This document shows positions 29,809 to 39,469 of a DNA stretch of 64,000 nt, piece by piece. The stretch comes from an uncultured Gammaproteobacteria bacterium. Its GTDB lineage: Bacteria > Pseudomonadota > Gammaproteobacteria > Steroidobacterales > Rariloculaceae. Location of the stretch: NCBI GenBank assembly GCA_963742115.1, contig CAVUKQ010000015.1, positions 265,457 to 329,456 on the forward strand. The letters are read 5' to 3'. The notes under the pieces are model-generated. The model was not told the origin of the DNA. It searched no databases and saw only the letters and a program-made list of their open reading frames with translations. Positions within the stretch are counted from its first letter, which is position 1. Each line of letters starts with the position of its first letter. The position numbers and the translations under genes are program-made.

Positions 29809-31119
29809 CTAAGCCGGCACCGAGCGCACCAGCGCCGGGTAGTACCAGAGCAACGTCCCGGCCCGGGCGAAATAGCTGACATAAAACGCGCCCCAGAGGC
29901 CGTGGTTGCCGTATGGCTCGAGCAGCCACCAGGCCGCGAGGTAGATCGCGAGCGTAACGAGCATCGCGTTGCGCATGTCCACGGTCCGCGTGGCGCCGAT
30001 GAAGATGCCGTCGAGCTGAAACGACCAGACGCCGAGCAGCGGCACGAACGCGGCCCACCAGAGGTAGGTCCGCGCGGCCGCACGCGCCGCGGGGTCGACC
30101 GTGAGCAGATCCACCATCGCCGGCCCGAGCGCGAGCAGCACGCCCGTGATCAGCACCGCGATACCGGCCGCCCACAGCGTGGTGAGCTTCGCGGCCGCAA
30201 CGAGCCCGGCGCGGTGCGCCGCGCCGATCGCGCGCCCGACGAGCGCCTCGGCCGCGAAGGCGAGCCCGTCGAGGAAGTAGACCGCGACCGTGACGAAGCT
30301 CATGAGAACGGCGTTCGCCGCGAGGATCACGTCGCCTTGCGACGCGCCGCGTGCGACGAACCATACCCACACGCAGATCAGCGCCAGCGATCGGACCATG
30401 ATGTCCGCGTTCACGGCGAACATGCGCTTCAGCGCAGCCGCCTCCATGATTCGCTCACGCGCGAAGTGCGCGCCGAATCCGCGCAGGTGGCGAAGCGCAA
30501 TCGCTAGCCCGACGGCGGCCGCAATCACCTCGGCGAGCAGCGTGCCGGCCGCGACGCCGCGCACGCCCCAGCCAAATACGATCACGAACAGCACGCACAA
30601 AGCGATGTTCGTGAGGTTCAGCACGAGCTGCAGCACGAGCCCGATGTCGGTGCGTCCCAAGCCGATGAACCAGCCGAGCAGCGCGTAGTTCGCGAGCGTC
30701 GCAGGCGCGGCCCAGATCCGCACGTCGTAGTAGTCGCGCGCAAGCGCCTCGACTTGCGGGCTGCCGCCGAGCAGGCCGAACGCGATTTCGCGGATCGGCC
30801 ATTGCACGACCAGCAGCGCCGCGCCGACCGCCGCCGCGAGCAGCAGCGCACGCCCAAGGCTCGCCGCCACCTCGTCGCGGTTGTCGGCGCCGAACGCCTG
30901 CGCCGTTAGGCCCGTGGTGCCCATACGCAGGAATCCGAAGCCCCAGAACACGAACGTGAACACGAGCGCGCCGATCGCGACGGCTCCGATGTACTTAGGA
31001 TCGGGAATCCGCCCGACGACGGCCGTGTCGACGAGTCCGATCAGCGGCGTCGAGACGTTCGAGATCATCACGGGCACTGCGATCGCGAGCACGCCGCGAT
31101 GTGTGAGCGTGACTTTCAA
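29809..31119 (-). CDS. MATE-family efflux transporter (DinF-like)
   Basis: 12-TM profile. N-terminus THRGVLAIAVPVMISNVSTPLIGLVDTAVVGR. I chose the TTG start at 31119, giving 436 aa; the track ORF extends further upstream. Confidence 0.8.
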   Translation of the reverse strand: MKVTLTHRGVLAIAVPVMISNVSTPLIGLVDTAVVGRIPDPKYIGAVAIGALVFTFVFWGFGFLRMGTTGLTAQAFGADNRDEVAASLGRALLLAAAVGAALLVVQWPIREIAFGLLGGSPQVEALARDYYDVRIWAAPATLANYALLGWFIGLGRTDIGLVLQLVLNLTNIALCVLFVIVFGWGVRGVAAGTLLAEVIAAAVGLAIALRHLRGFGAHFARERIMEAAALKRMFAVNADIMVRSLALICVWVWFVARGASQGDVILAANAVLMSFVTVAVYFLDGLAFAAEALVGRAIGAAHRAGLVAAAKLTTLWAAGIAVLITGVLLALGPAMVDLLTVDPAARAAARTYLWWAAFVPLLGVWSFQLDGIFIGATRTVDMRNAMLVTLAIYLAAWWLLEPYGNHGLWGAFYVSYFARAGTLLWYYPALVRSVPA

Positions 31120-31298
31120 GGTTTCAGGGCCTTCACGGACGGCGGCTCTCGAGACCGGAAAATGCTGGCCCTTATCATACGTCGCGCTCTTTGGATCGAT
31201 CGGCGGCGATTCACCGGCGCGAATGGGTAGAGATCGCGGCGCGCTCGAGCGGCATAATCCCTTGGGCGTCACTGACGCTTCGCTTCGAGGAGTCCGCC

Positions 31299-31745
31299 AT
31301 GAGCTACGCCGCTCGAATCGCGCTCGTCGCCGCTGCCTTGCTGGCGATCGGCGCCCTCGCGCAAACCACGCCGTTGCAGCCCCTGCGGCTCACGCCCCAG
31401 GACCTGAAATGGGTCGCGACCGCGACGGACGCACAAAGGGCCCGCGTCGTCGGCGACGACCAAAAGCCGGGCGTATACGCGTATCGAGCCAAATTCCCCG
31501 CGAACTTTCGCAACGAGCCGCACTACCACCCCGACGACCGCATCGTCACGGTGATCTCGGGGACGTTGCACGTCGGCTTCGGCGAGCGGTTCGACGAGAG
31601 CGCGATGAAAGTGTTGCCCGCCGGCAGCCTGTGGACGGAGCCCGCGAAGCAGCCGCACTACGTCTGGGCCAAGGACGGGGAAGTCGTGATTCAGGTCATC
31701 GGCAACGGTCCGTCCGCGACAACTGAGGTCGCGCCGCCGCGCTGA
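31299..31745 (+). CDS. Secreted cupin-domain protein
   Basis: GAGGAG Shine-Dalgarno and signal peptide MSYAARIALVAAALLAIGALA. Cupin motif FRNEPHYHPDDRIVTVISG...PAKQPHY. Confidence 0.7.
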   Translation: MSYAARIALVAAALLAIGALAQTTPLQPLRLTPQDLKWVATATDAQRARVVGDDQKPGVYAYRAKFPANFRNEPHYHPDDRIVTVISGTLHVGFGERFDESAMKVLPAGSLWTEPAKQPHYVWAKDGEVVIQVIGNGPSATTEVAPPR

Positions 31746-31746
31746 C

Positions 31747-33405
31747 ATGATCAGAGAGCCCGGCAGCGTCGTCGCCGATCGCTACACCCTGGAGGCTCAT
31801 CTGGGCACGGGGCGGTATGGCGAAATCTATCGGGCCGTCGATCGCCTGCTGTCGGATCCCTTGCTTCTCCAGGAGCACCGCGTCGCGCTGCATCTGCTGC
31901 ACCCGCGGATCGCGCAGCACACGCGACTGCTGCAGAAGCTCGAGAGCAGCTACCGGGAACCGCATCTCTGGTCGCACGCGAACGTGGTCAAAGTGCGCGG
32001 ATTCGGGAGTGAGCAGGGCCAGTATTTCCTCGTCATGGAGCTGCTCGACGGCGCAGCACTGCGTTCGCTGCTCGACGACGCGGCGTCCGAGCAGTGGTCG
32101 ACGGCTCAGTCGTTCGCGGTGCTGCGCGCAGCGGGCGACGCTTTGACGTATGCGCACGCGAAAGGCGCCGTGCACGGCGATCTGAAGCTCGAGAATCTCT
32201 TCATCACCACCGATCGGGAGATAAAGGTCCTCGATTTGCTCCCGGGGAGCTCGCCGCGAACCGAACCGTCGTTCGTCGAGGACGCGGCGCCGAACCGTCT
32301 TGCGAAACCGGATCCGCGCGACGACGTGTTCGGCCTGGCCTGTATCGCCTACGAGCTCTTGGCGGGGCAGCGGCCCTACGACGGACGCTCGGCGCTCGAG
32401 GCGTCGAATACCGGGCTCGCACTCGCACGGAGCCCGCGGCTCGACGCTCGGCAGTGGGACGCGCTCGCACGCGGTCTCGCGTTGAGCCGCGACTACAGGA
32501 CCAAGACCGTGGCCGCGTTCCTCACCGAGCTCGGTGTCGCAAACGGCGAAACGTCGCTCGCCCCGCGCAACGCGACTGCCGACGCGCCAGCTGCCGCGCC
32601 CGCCGAGCCACGACCGCCGCGTGCGCAAGACGACGACACGCCGATCATCGGCGACCACTCCGGCAACTTCGACGTACGACCTGCGCAGGCGCTGGTTACA
32701 GAGCCGCCGCGACCGGCGCCGCGAAAGAGCGCCCGTGGGTGGCGCCTCGATCCTCAAGACGTTCACAGGCACGCGGAGCGCACGCGGCGTAACGAGCGGC
32801 GCGAGCCGTTCGGCATCGCGCGAGTCGCGACGCTCGTCCTCGTGGCGGGCGCCCTCGGTGCCGCGGGCTATTGGAACTACGAGGCGTTGCGCAGGCACGC
32901 GGTGGAGTGGCTCGCCCTCCTTCGCCCGCCGCCGCCGACCCCGCCGGCGGCGGCCGAGCCCGCGCTCGCCGCGGCCGCGGTGCCCGAGCCCGCGTTACCC
33001 GCCGCGCCTGCACCGGCAACGGTTCCGCCACCGCCCGCGCCTCCTCCGGCGCCGGCCGCGCCGGAAACCTTCGAGCTCGAGGCTCGCACGATCTCAGTGT
33101 CGGAGCGCGCGCCCGGCGCCGCGGTCATCCTTCGCCGCGGCGGCGGAGACCTCGGCGAGTCCTCGGTAGCTTGGTGGACTAGCGACGGCACCGCGCTCGC
33201 GGGGGACGACTACGCAGACCTCGGAACGATCATCGAGAAATTCGGCGCGGGTGAGACGACGCGCACGATCCACATTCCGATCGTTGGCGATTCCACGGCC
33301 GAAGGCGTCGAGAGCTTCTACGTGAACCTCGGCGAGCGCGAACGGCCCGACGGTAGCGTCGAGCCCGCCCCGCAGACGGAGATCGTGATCCAAGACGATG
33401 ATTAG
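31747..33405 (+). CDS. Degenerate Ser/Thr protein-kinase-like domain, TM segment and Calx-beta domain protein
   Basis: Kinase-like features: Gly loop LGTGRYGEIY, VHGDLKLENL (HRD to HGD), VLDLL in place of DFG, and no beta3 Lys (RVALHLL). TM IARVATLVLVAGALGAAGYW, then a Pro/Ala linker. C-terminal Calx-beta: VAWWTSDGTALAGDDYADLGTIIEKFGAGETTRTIHIPIVGDSTAEGVESFYV. Confidence 0.75.
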   Translation: MIREPGSVVADRYTLEAHLGTGRYGEIYRAVDRLLSDPLLLQEHRVALHLLHPRIAQHTRLLQKLESSYREPHLWSHANVVKVRGFGSEQGQYFLVMELLDGAALRSLLDDAASEQWSTAQSFAVLRAAGDALTYAHAKGAVHGDLKLENLFITTDREIKVLDLLPGSSPRTEPSFVEDAAPNRLAKPDPRDDVFGLACIAYELLAGQRPYDGRSALEASNTGLALARSPRLDARQWDALARGLALSRDYRTKTVAAFLTELGVANGETSLAPRNATADAPAAAPAEPRPPRAQDDDTPIIGDHSGNFDVRPAQALVTEPPRPAPRKSARGWRLDPQDVHRHAERTRRNERREPFGIARVATLVLVAGALGAAGYWNYEALRRHAVEWLALLRPPPPTPPAAAEPALAAAAVPEPALPAAPAPATVPPPPAPPPAPAAPETFELEARTISVSERAPGAAVILRRGGGDLGESSVAWWTSDGTALAGDDYADLGTIIEKFGAGETTRTIHIPIVGDSTAEGVESFYVNLGERERPDGSVEPAPQTEIVIQDDD

Positions 33406-33457
33406 CGGATCGCGGCGACCAAGATATACGAGCGACCGACCGAGCCGAAGCCGCACT

Positions 33458-33874
33458 TCAGCGCAATGCGCTCACATCGGCGCCGTCATAGGACGGTACG
33501 CCGGCCGTGGCCGCGAGCTTCGATAGCTCGTGATTGCGGCGGTCGAGCGCCGCAGATGTCAGCAACTCGGTGCGCGTCACGCGCAGCGTCGTGACGCCGT
33601 CCGCCGTCTGCAGCGACACGATTCGAAAGCCATCGCGAACGAGCCGTAGCGACAACGCCTCGACCTTCGCGGAATCCGGACCCGAGAACGAAAACACCCA
33701 CGGGAGCGCCGTGTCGATCTTGATCTCGTGGGAAGCACGCAGGCGCTGGTACTCGAGCTCGATCTGCGCGCCCGACAACGCAGAATCGAAATGCGCCGCG
33801 TGCACGGTCGGAGCGCCGCAAAGCAACGCAACGGCAACGGCGCGTACGGACATCCGCGCGATCTGGTTCGGCAT
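33458..33874 (-). CDS. Secreted hypothetical protein
   Basis: 138 aa. Signal peptide MSVRAVAVALLCGAPTVHA. No family recognised. Confidence 0.5.
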   Translation of the reverse strand: MPNQIARMSVRAVAVALLCGAPTVHAAHFDSALSGAQIELEYQRLRASHEIKIDTALPWVFSFSGPDSAKVEALSLRLVRDGFRIVSLQTADGVTTLRVTRTELLTSAALDRRNHELSKLAATAGVPSYDGADVSALR

Positions 33875-33917
33875 GACCTGCCCCTCCTTGGTTGCGTCGG
33901 TACGGACGCGAGCGCAA

Positions 33918-34250
33918 CTACGCGGGCGTTGCGAGCTTGAGTCCGACGATTCCCGCGACGATCAATGCAATGCTAGCGACGCGCGCGGTACTCATGGATT
34001 CACCGAGCAGCACGATGCCGAGGATCGCGGTACCGACCGCCCCGACACCGACCCAGACCGCGTAGGCGGTGCCGACCGGCAGCGCCTTCACCGCGAGCCC
34101 GAGCAAGCCCATGCTGACCACGAGCGCGACTCCCGTCCAGACGCTCGGCCAAAAGCGCGTGAAGCCTTCGGTGTACTTCAGGCCGATCGCCCAGCCGACC
34201 TCGAAGATTCCCGCAACGACGAGGATCAACCACGAAGCAGTCTGCGACAT
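33918..34250 (-). CDS. sugE: SMR-family quaternary ammonium compound efflux protein SugE
   Basis: 110 aa, 4 [26 protein letters not shown] with the conserved membrane Glu. Confidence 0.85.
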   Translation of the reverse strand: MSQTASWLILVVAGIFEVGWAIGLKYTEGFTRFWPSVWTGVALVVSMGLLGLAVKALPVGTAYAVWVGVGAVGTAILGIVLLGESMSTARVASIALIVAGIVGLKLATPA

Positions 34251-34284
34251 CGTCTCCTCCGTGCCGGCGGCGGCGCGAGACGGA

Positions 34285-34863
34285 TTATCGCAGCTCGGCG
34301 CCCGGCGAATATACCGGGAAGCGCGACTCGAAGCCTGCCGGCGGCGGAGCCGCGTTGCGCATCCGAATCACCGAAAAGCCGAGCGTCGACGACGCCACCG
34401 CTTCCCGCAGCGCCCAGAGCGATGGCAATAGGCGGACCTCGACCTGGTCACGCAGAAGCTCGGCGATCGGATTCTCGATCTCGCGGCAGCCGATCGCATC
34501 GACCGCCTCGTGCGTCGTGTAGTAGCCCGCGATCTCGTCCGCTAGCTCGAACGGCGCCGCGTCGAACGCATAGACGAAGACGCGAGCGACGACGGCGCGT
34601 TCGTACCACGCCGATTCGATCGCGACCACGGCCGTCGATTCGCCGAGGAAGCGAGCGCGATCGTCGGCCGTAGTCGCGGCGCGAGCGTAAAACGTCACAC
34701 GCGGGCAGTCGCGCGGCAAGAGGTAGTTCTTCAGCCGCTCCGCCGTAATCGCCCACACCGCGCCGCCGCTCTCGGCCCGCGGCTCGAAACGCCCGAGGCC
34801 GCGCTGCTCGCTCACGTGATAGAGCTCGCGCGGCGTGGTCGGTGTGCTCGTTTGTCGGGTCAT
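34285..34863 (-). CDS. Conserved hypothetical protein (192 aa)
   Basis: Starts [23 protein letters not shown]. The longer track ORF upstream is Arg-rich and looks non-coding. Confidence 0.55.
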   Translation of the reverse strand: MTRQTSTPTTPRELYHVSEQRGLGRFEPRAESGGAVWAITAERLKNYLLPRDCPRVTFYARAATTADDRARFLGESTAVVAIESAWYERAVVARVFVYAFDAAPFELADEIAGYYTTHEAVDAIGCREIENPIAELLRDQVEVRLLPSLWALREAVASSTLGFSVIRMRNAAPPPAGFESRFPVYSPGAELR

Positions 34864-34949
34864 CGTCCCCCCAATCATTCGACCGTCACGCGCTCGCGCC
34901 GGCTCAATCGGCAGATCGGGATCGCCTCGCCGCGCCGATGCCTGCGATG

Positions 34950-35642
34950 TCATGCGCGCGGCCCGGGACCGGCGCATAGGGCGAGCACGTCCGACAGCTC
35001 GCCAATGACGGCGGTGTCGCGCACGACGGCCTGCCAGTAAGGCACCTGCTTCCACACCGCGACCAACCCCGCGCGATGCGCGCCCTCGACGTCGACCACG
35101 GGATGATCGCCGACGAACATCGCCTCGTGAGCCGCAACGCCGCAACGCGCGAGCGCACGACGAAAGATTTCGGCGTCGGGCTTGCGCACGCCTTCCTCCT
35201 CCGACACGAGGATCGCATCGAACGTCGTCGCGAGGCCCAGCGCAGCTATCTTGCGCCGCTGCCGCGTACCGAGGCCGTTCGTGACGATACCGAGCTTCAA
35301 GCCCCGCGCGCGCAGCTCGGCGAGCGCGCGGCGCGCGTCGTCCGACAGCTGGCAGTGCGCGTCGTAGCGGTCCCAGAAGTGCGTGACGAGCCGTTCCGCG
35401 AGCGCGTCGTCTAAACGCCAGCGGCGCACCAGCTTGCGATAGCCGTCTTCCTTTACGCCGTAACCGTGATCGTCCATCTCGTGGGCGTCGCGTAAAAAAT
35501 GTTCGCGCGACAGGCCGCGCAAATCCGCGGCGAACGCGTCGTATTGCTCCTCGAACAGCGCGGCCGCAAGCCGGTCGCGGTCGTAGAGCGTTCCGTCGAG
35601 GTCGAACAGCACGGCCTTGATCGTCACGGAGCGAAAGTCCAC
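34950..35642 (-). CDS. HAD-superfamily hydrolase
   Basis: Motif I AVLFDLDGTLYD, motif II VTNG, motif IV FVGDHPVVDVEGA. Confidence 0.8.
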   Translation of the reverse strand: MDFRSVTIKAVLFDLDGTLYDRDRLAAALFEEQYDAFAADLRGLSREHFLRDAHEMDDHGYGVKEDGYRKLVRRWRLDDALAERLVTHFWDRYDAHCQLSDDARRALAELRARGLKLGIVTNGLGTRQRRKIAALGLATTFDAILVSEEEGVRKPDAEIFRRALARCGVAAHEAMFVGDHPVVDVEGAHRAGLVAVWKQVPYWQAVVRDTAVIGELSDVLALCAGPGPRA

Positions 35643-35661
35643 GCGTGGGCGCGCCGCGCGC

Positions 35662-36687
35662 TTAACCTCGCGAGAACGGCAGCGAGCCGCGGCACGTGAC
35701 GACGCCCGAGCCCGCGACGATCTCCCCGATCACGTACGCGTCCTCACCGTGCGCCGCGAGATGCGCGAGCACCTCGGCGGCGTGGGGCTGCCGGCACACG
35801 AGCGTGAGACCTACGCCGAGGTTGAACGTCCGCAGCATGTCCGCGTCCGGCGCGGCAGCCGCTCGCCGGATCCGCTCGAATACCGGAGGGATGCGGTAGG
35901 CGCCCAAGTCCACGCTCGCGTCGAGATGCTTCGGCAGGATCCGGTCGAGGTTCTCACGGATACCGCCGCCCGTGATGTGCGCGAGGCCGGTCACGAGCTC
36001 GCGCGCGAACAAACCTTTCAGCGCCGGGTAGTAGCAGCGATGCGGCTCGAGCACCGCGTCGAGGAACGAACGGCCGCCGACGGTCTCGTTCGCGAGCGAC
36101 GAATCGCGCTTCAACAGATCGCGGATCAGCGTGTAGCCGTTCGTGTGCGGGCCGGATGATGCGAGCGCGATCACCGCGTCGCCGCTCTCGATCTTCGCGC
36201 CGTCGACGATCTTCGCGCGCTCGACGATGCCGATCACGCTCGAGCCCAAGATGTAGGTGCCTTCCGGCACGACGTCGGGCTGCTCGGTCGTCTCTCCGCC
36301 CGTGAGCGCACAGCCCTGCGCGGCGCACGCCGCAGCGCACGCGGCGACGATCCGCGTGACGATCGACTTCTCCATCCGGCCGCAGATGATGAGATCTTGC
36401 ACGGCGAGCGGCTCGGCGCCCATCACGACGCAGTCGTTGATCAAGTGGTTGATCATGTCGAAGCACACGGACTCGATTCGGTCGTGCTGCGCCGCGAGCA
36501 CCTGCTTGCTGCCGGGCTCCTCGGTCTTCATCACGAGCACCGGCTCATCGAAACGGCGCACGTCGAGCGCGAACAGCGATGCGAACGCGCCGACGCGGTT
36601 CAAGACGCGCGGGTCCTTGCCGTCGATCACGGCGCCGAGGCCGGCCTTCGTGTCGTTCGCGACGTCGATGTCGACGCGGTATTTCAT
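35662..36687 (-). CDS. PurM/AIR-synthase-family protein (divergent phosphoribosylformylglycinamidine cyclo-ligase-like)
   Basis: Starts MKYRVDIDVAND. Contains NDCVVMGAEPL, GGETTEQPDV, SSGPHTNGYTLIR and THITGGGIRENL, which parallel E. coli PurM motifs (from memory). 341 aa from the ATG at 36687. Confidence 0.7.
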   Translation of the reverse strand: MKYRVDIDVANDTKAGLGAVIDGKDPRVLNRVGAFASLFALDVRRFDEPVLVMKTEEPGSKQVLAAQHDRIESVCFDMINHLINDCVVMGAEPLAVQDLIICGRMEKSIVTRIVAACAAACAAQGCALTGGETTEQPDVVPEGTYILGSSVIGIVERAKIVDGAKIESGDAVIALASSGPHTNGYTLIRDLLKRDSSLANETVGGRSFLDAVLEPHRCYYPALKGLFARELVTGLAHITGGGIRENLDRILPKHLDASVDLGAYRIPPVFERIRRAAAAPDADMLRTFNLGVGLTLVCRQPHAAEVLAHLAAHGEDAYVIGEIVAGSGVVTCRGSLPFSRG

Positions 36688-36781
36688 GGTTCGGTCCGAA
36701 AAGCTTCGTAGGCGCGAAGGATACCGTAGCGCCACGGGCTGCGCGCCTTCGTCTAGGACGACCGCCGAGCCGCCTCGTCGA

Positions 36782-37254
36782 TCAGCGACGGGCACCACCG
36801 GTGAGAACCTCGAGCAACCGGGGAGCTCGGCGAGCGACCGAATCATGGGCCCGGCATGATCCGCTGACTCGACGCGCCCGCGATCGAGCCATACACCGGT
36901 GAGACCGGCGCCGCGAGCACCCTCCGCGTCGATGTCGTACGCGTCACCGACGTAGACCGCGTCGCGCGGATCGACACCGCATGCGGCGCAGACGTGCAGG
37001 AAGATCTTCGCGTTCGGCTTCGGGCTTCCGCAGTCTTCCGAGATCGTGACGTGCTCGAACCGCTCGGCGATCCCGAGTCTCGCGAGCTTGAGTCGCTGCT
37101 GCGACGAACGGCCGTTGGAAATCACGCCGAGACGATGGCCGGCGAGCGCGTCGAGGCACGGTCGCACGTCAGGGAACAAGGTCCACGCGTTTTCGTACGC
37201 GGCGAGGTAGATCGCGAAGAGGCGCTCGACGTGCACGGCGCGCACGGTGCGCAC
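36782..37254 (-). pseudogene. N-terminally truncated HAD-hydrolase remnant
   Basis: Contains HAD motifs II-IV (VISNG, KPNAKIF, YVGDAYDIDAEGA) but no DxDGT motif I. It begins 5 codons after the in-frame TAG of the upstream gene. As given it has no stop of its own and reads through into the PurM-like ORF. The 3' boundary is uncertain. Confidence 0.55.
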
Positions 37255-37266
37255 ACGAGTCGGCGT

Positions 37267-39469
37267 CTAGCGCCGCGCGGCGGGAGCGCGCGGCCGGCCG
37301 CTCACCGGATTGTCATAGTGGAACGGCAAGTCGACGATCCGCGGGAACGGCGCGTCGGCCGGGCCCCTGAGCGGCGAATCGGGCGGCAGCGCATCCGCGG
37401 CAGGCGAAAGCTCGCGGCCCTCGGCGGCGGCCGCTAGTGAATCGGCCGCGCCCGCGCGCGCCGCGCCCGCCCAACCCTCGCGGTAGCCCGCGGCCCACGT
37501 GTAATCGAGATCCATCGCGCTGAGCTTCCAGACTCCGTTCTCGAGCACCGCCTCGCTCTCGTAGACACCCGCGACCCAGGAGCCTTCGGCACCGACCCGG
37601 CCGCGAGGCTGCAGCACGCGCAGCCGGATCTTCGCGCTCGCACCGTCCGGGGCGACGTGGATGACCGGCTGCATGGTCTGGTGGATCGCGAAAAAACCGG
37701 CGGGGCGGCCGCCCGTCGGATAGAGCATCTTCATAGACGCGCGAATCCGCTCGCGCCCTTGGTAGATGCCGACGTAGGGCAACTCCTTCCAACCGTTCAC
37801 GGCGAACAGATCCGCCGCGTCGTCCCAACGGAACTCGTCGAGGTAGTAGCTGTACGCGTTCGCGACGTTCTCCGCACCGTCGTAGGCGAGAGCGGCCGCT
37901 ACCACGCGCTGCGTTTCGCCGACGCGTGTCTCGAGCGCCGCGAGCGCACGCGCTCCGCGGATCGCCCCGCCGGTGCTAGCGGGCGCATCGGTGCGTTCGG
38001 CGTCCACGAGGATCGCGCCGGCCGTTCCTTCGGGGTACTGCGGCGGCTTGGCGGTCGCGGGGTTCGCGAAACGAAACGGCGGAATGTAGAACTCGGGGTA
38101 GACGCCGTGCACGACTGTCGGCGGCCGGTCCGGAGGGAACTCCTTGCTCGGCGCGGGAGCGGCGCGTGCGTCCTTGGCCCAGCCAAGCGCGTAGTCCGTC
38201 GCGAGACGCGGATAGAGATGCATCGCGGCGACCTTCCAGACGCCGTTCTCTTTGACGTACGTGTTGTCGAAGATCGCTTCGCGCCACTCGGCGCGGTACT
38301 CGCCGTCGACGCTCGCGCCCCACTGCGCAAGCTCCACGCCGCGCGCATTCGCGCTGGCCCCGTCAGACGCGACCGTCACGATGGTCTGCAACTGGAGGCG
38401 ATCGTCGAGCTCGCCCTCTGCTCAAACCTTGCGCGCCGAATTGCTCGAGCGCGCGGCGCACGCTCGCGCGCCCAGCGTAGACGCCCTGCAGGCCGAGCTC
38501 GAGCGTGGCATCGGCGGCGAACAGATCCGCCACGTCGTTCCAGAGCTTGCGGTCCGCGTAGTAGCCGTAGGCGTGCTGCAGATTCGCGACCGCCGATTCG
38601 TCTGCGAGCCGCGCAGCCCGACGCTCGAGGTCTGCCGAGCGCGCGCGCAGCTGCGCGAGATCGGAGTCAGCCGCGCCGCGCCGCCGCTCGGCTGGCGCGG
38701 GCATCGGAGCCGGGGTGCCGGCACCCGTAACATCGTAGTGGATCGGAATCGTGCAAGCGTTCAGCAGGTAGTTCTCGCAGATCTTCGGCGCCGCGGGCGC
38801 CACGGGTGCGTCCGCGGACGACGACGGCGTGCCGCCCGCGCTCGGCGCAGATCCGACCGGCACGCGCGGGTTCGTCCATCCTGTCTCGTACGCGCCGCTG
38901 AACTGCGTGAAGTAGCGCAGCTCGGAGATCTTCCATCGGCCGTTCTCGAGCACGTAGTCGTTCTCGTATACCCCCCCTACCCACGACGCATTCGCGCCGA
39001 GTCCGCCGAGCATCGCGAACACGTGCCAACGGCCGTGCGCGCGCCGGCCGTCCGGATCGAGCGTCACGACCGGTTGCAGCACGATGTGCGGATAGAGTCT
39101 GCCGGCCGCGAGGCCGAGCCGGCCCTGTCCCACTTGGTCGAAGAACAGTTTGGCGATCGCGTCCTTCCCCACGAGGTCGCCGGCCGGATAGTGGCCGACG
39201 GCATCCTTCGAGAACAGGTCCGCGAGGTCGTGCCAGAGACCGAACTCGGCGTATTGGCCGTACGCGTGCTGCAGCCGCTTGATCGCGCGGATCGACTCCG
39301 CTTGCACGACGCGCGCCTCGAGGTTATCGAGGCGCGCGTCGAGATCGGCGACGCGGGCCGCACTCTGCGCGGCGGAGCCCCCACACCAGAGCGCCGCCGC
39401 GGCCGCGAGCACCGCGTGGCGCAGCGCCGACGCCTCGCGGCTGCGCGTCGGCGTCGCGGCCGCGCTCAT
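37267..39469 (-). CDS. Secreted protein with three tandem SnoaL/NTF2-like modules (about 733 aa), frameshifted in this sequence
   Basis: ORFs 38363..39469 and 37267..38391 join at about 38419: ...EQFGAQGLS continues as EGELDDRLQLQTIVTVASDG. The span is 2203 nt, which is 3n+1. Each module has a coiled-coil lead-in, AYGxYxD...W.D.ADLF and ENGxWK, followed by an [IL]P-x-[HR][YF][DA]NP-like linker. Confidence 0.75.

Noticed and set aside
36782-36830. Attempt to explain the missing stop of the HAD remnant by the same +1 insertion model (C-terminus ...LAELPRLLEVLTGGARR*).
   Set aside because: That attractive reading lies two frame steps away, so it needs a deletion or two insertions. It does not fit the single-insertion pattern seen elsewhere. 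I report the boundary as uncertain rather than as a resolved frameshift.
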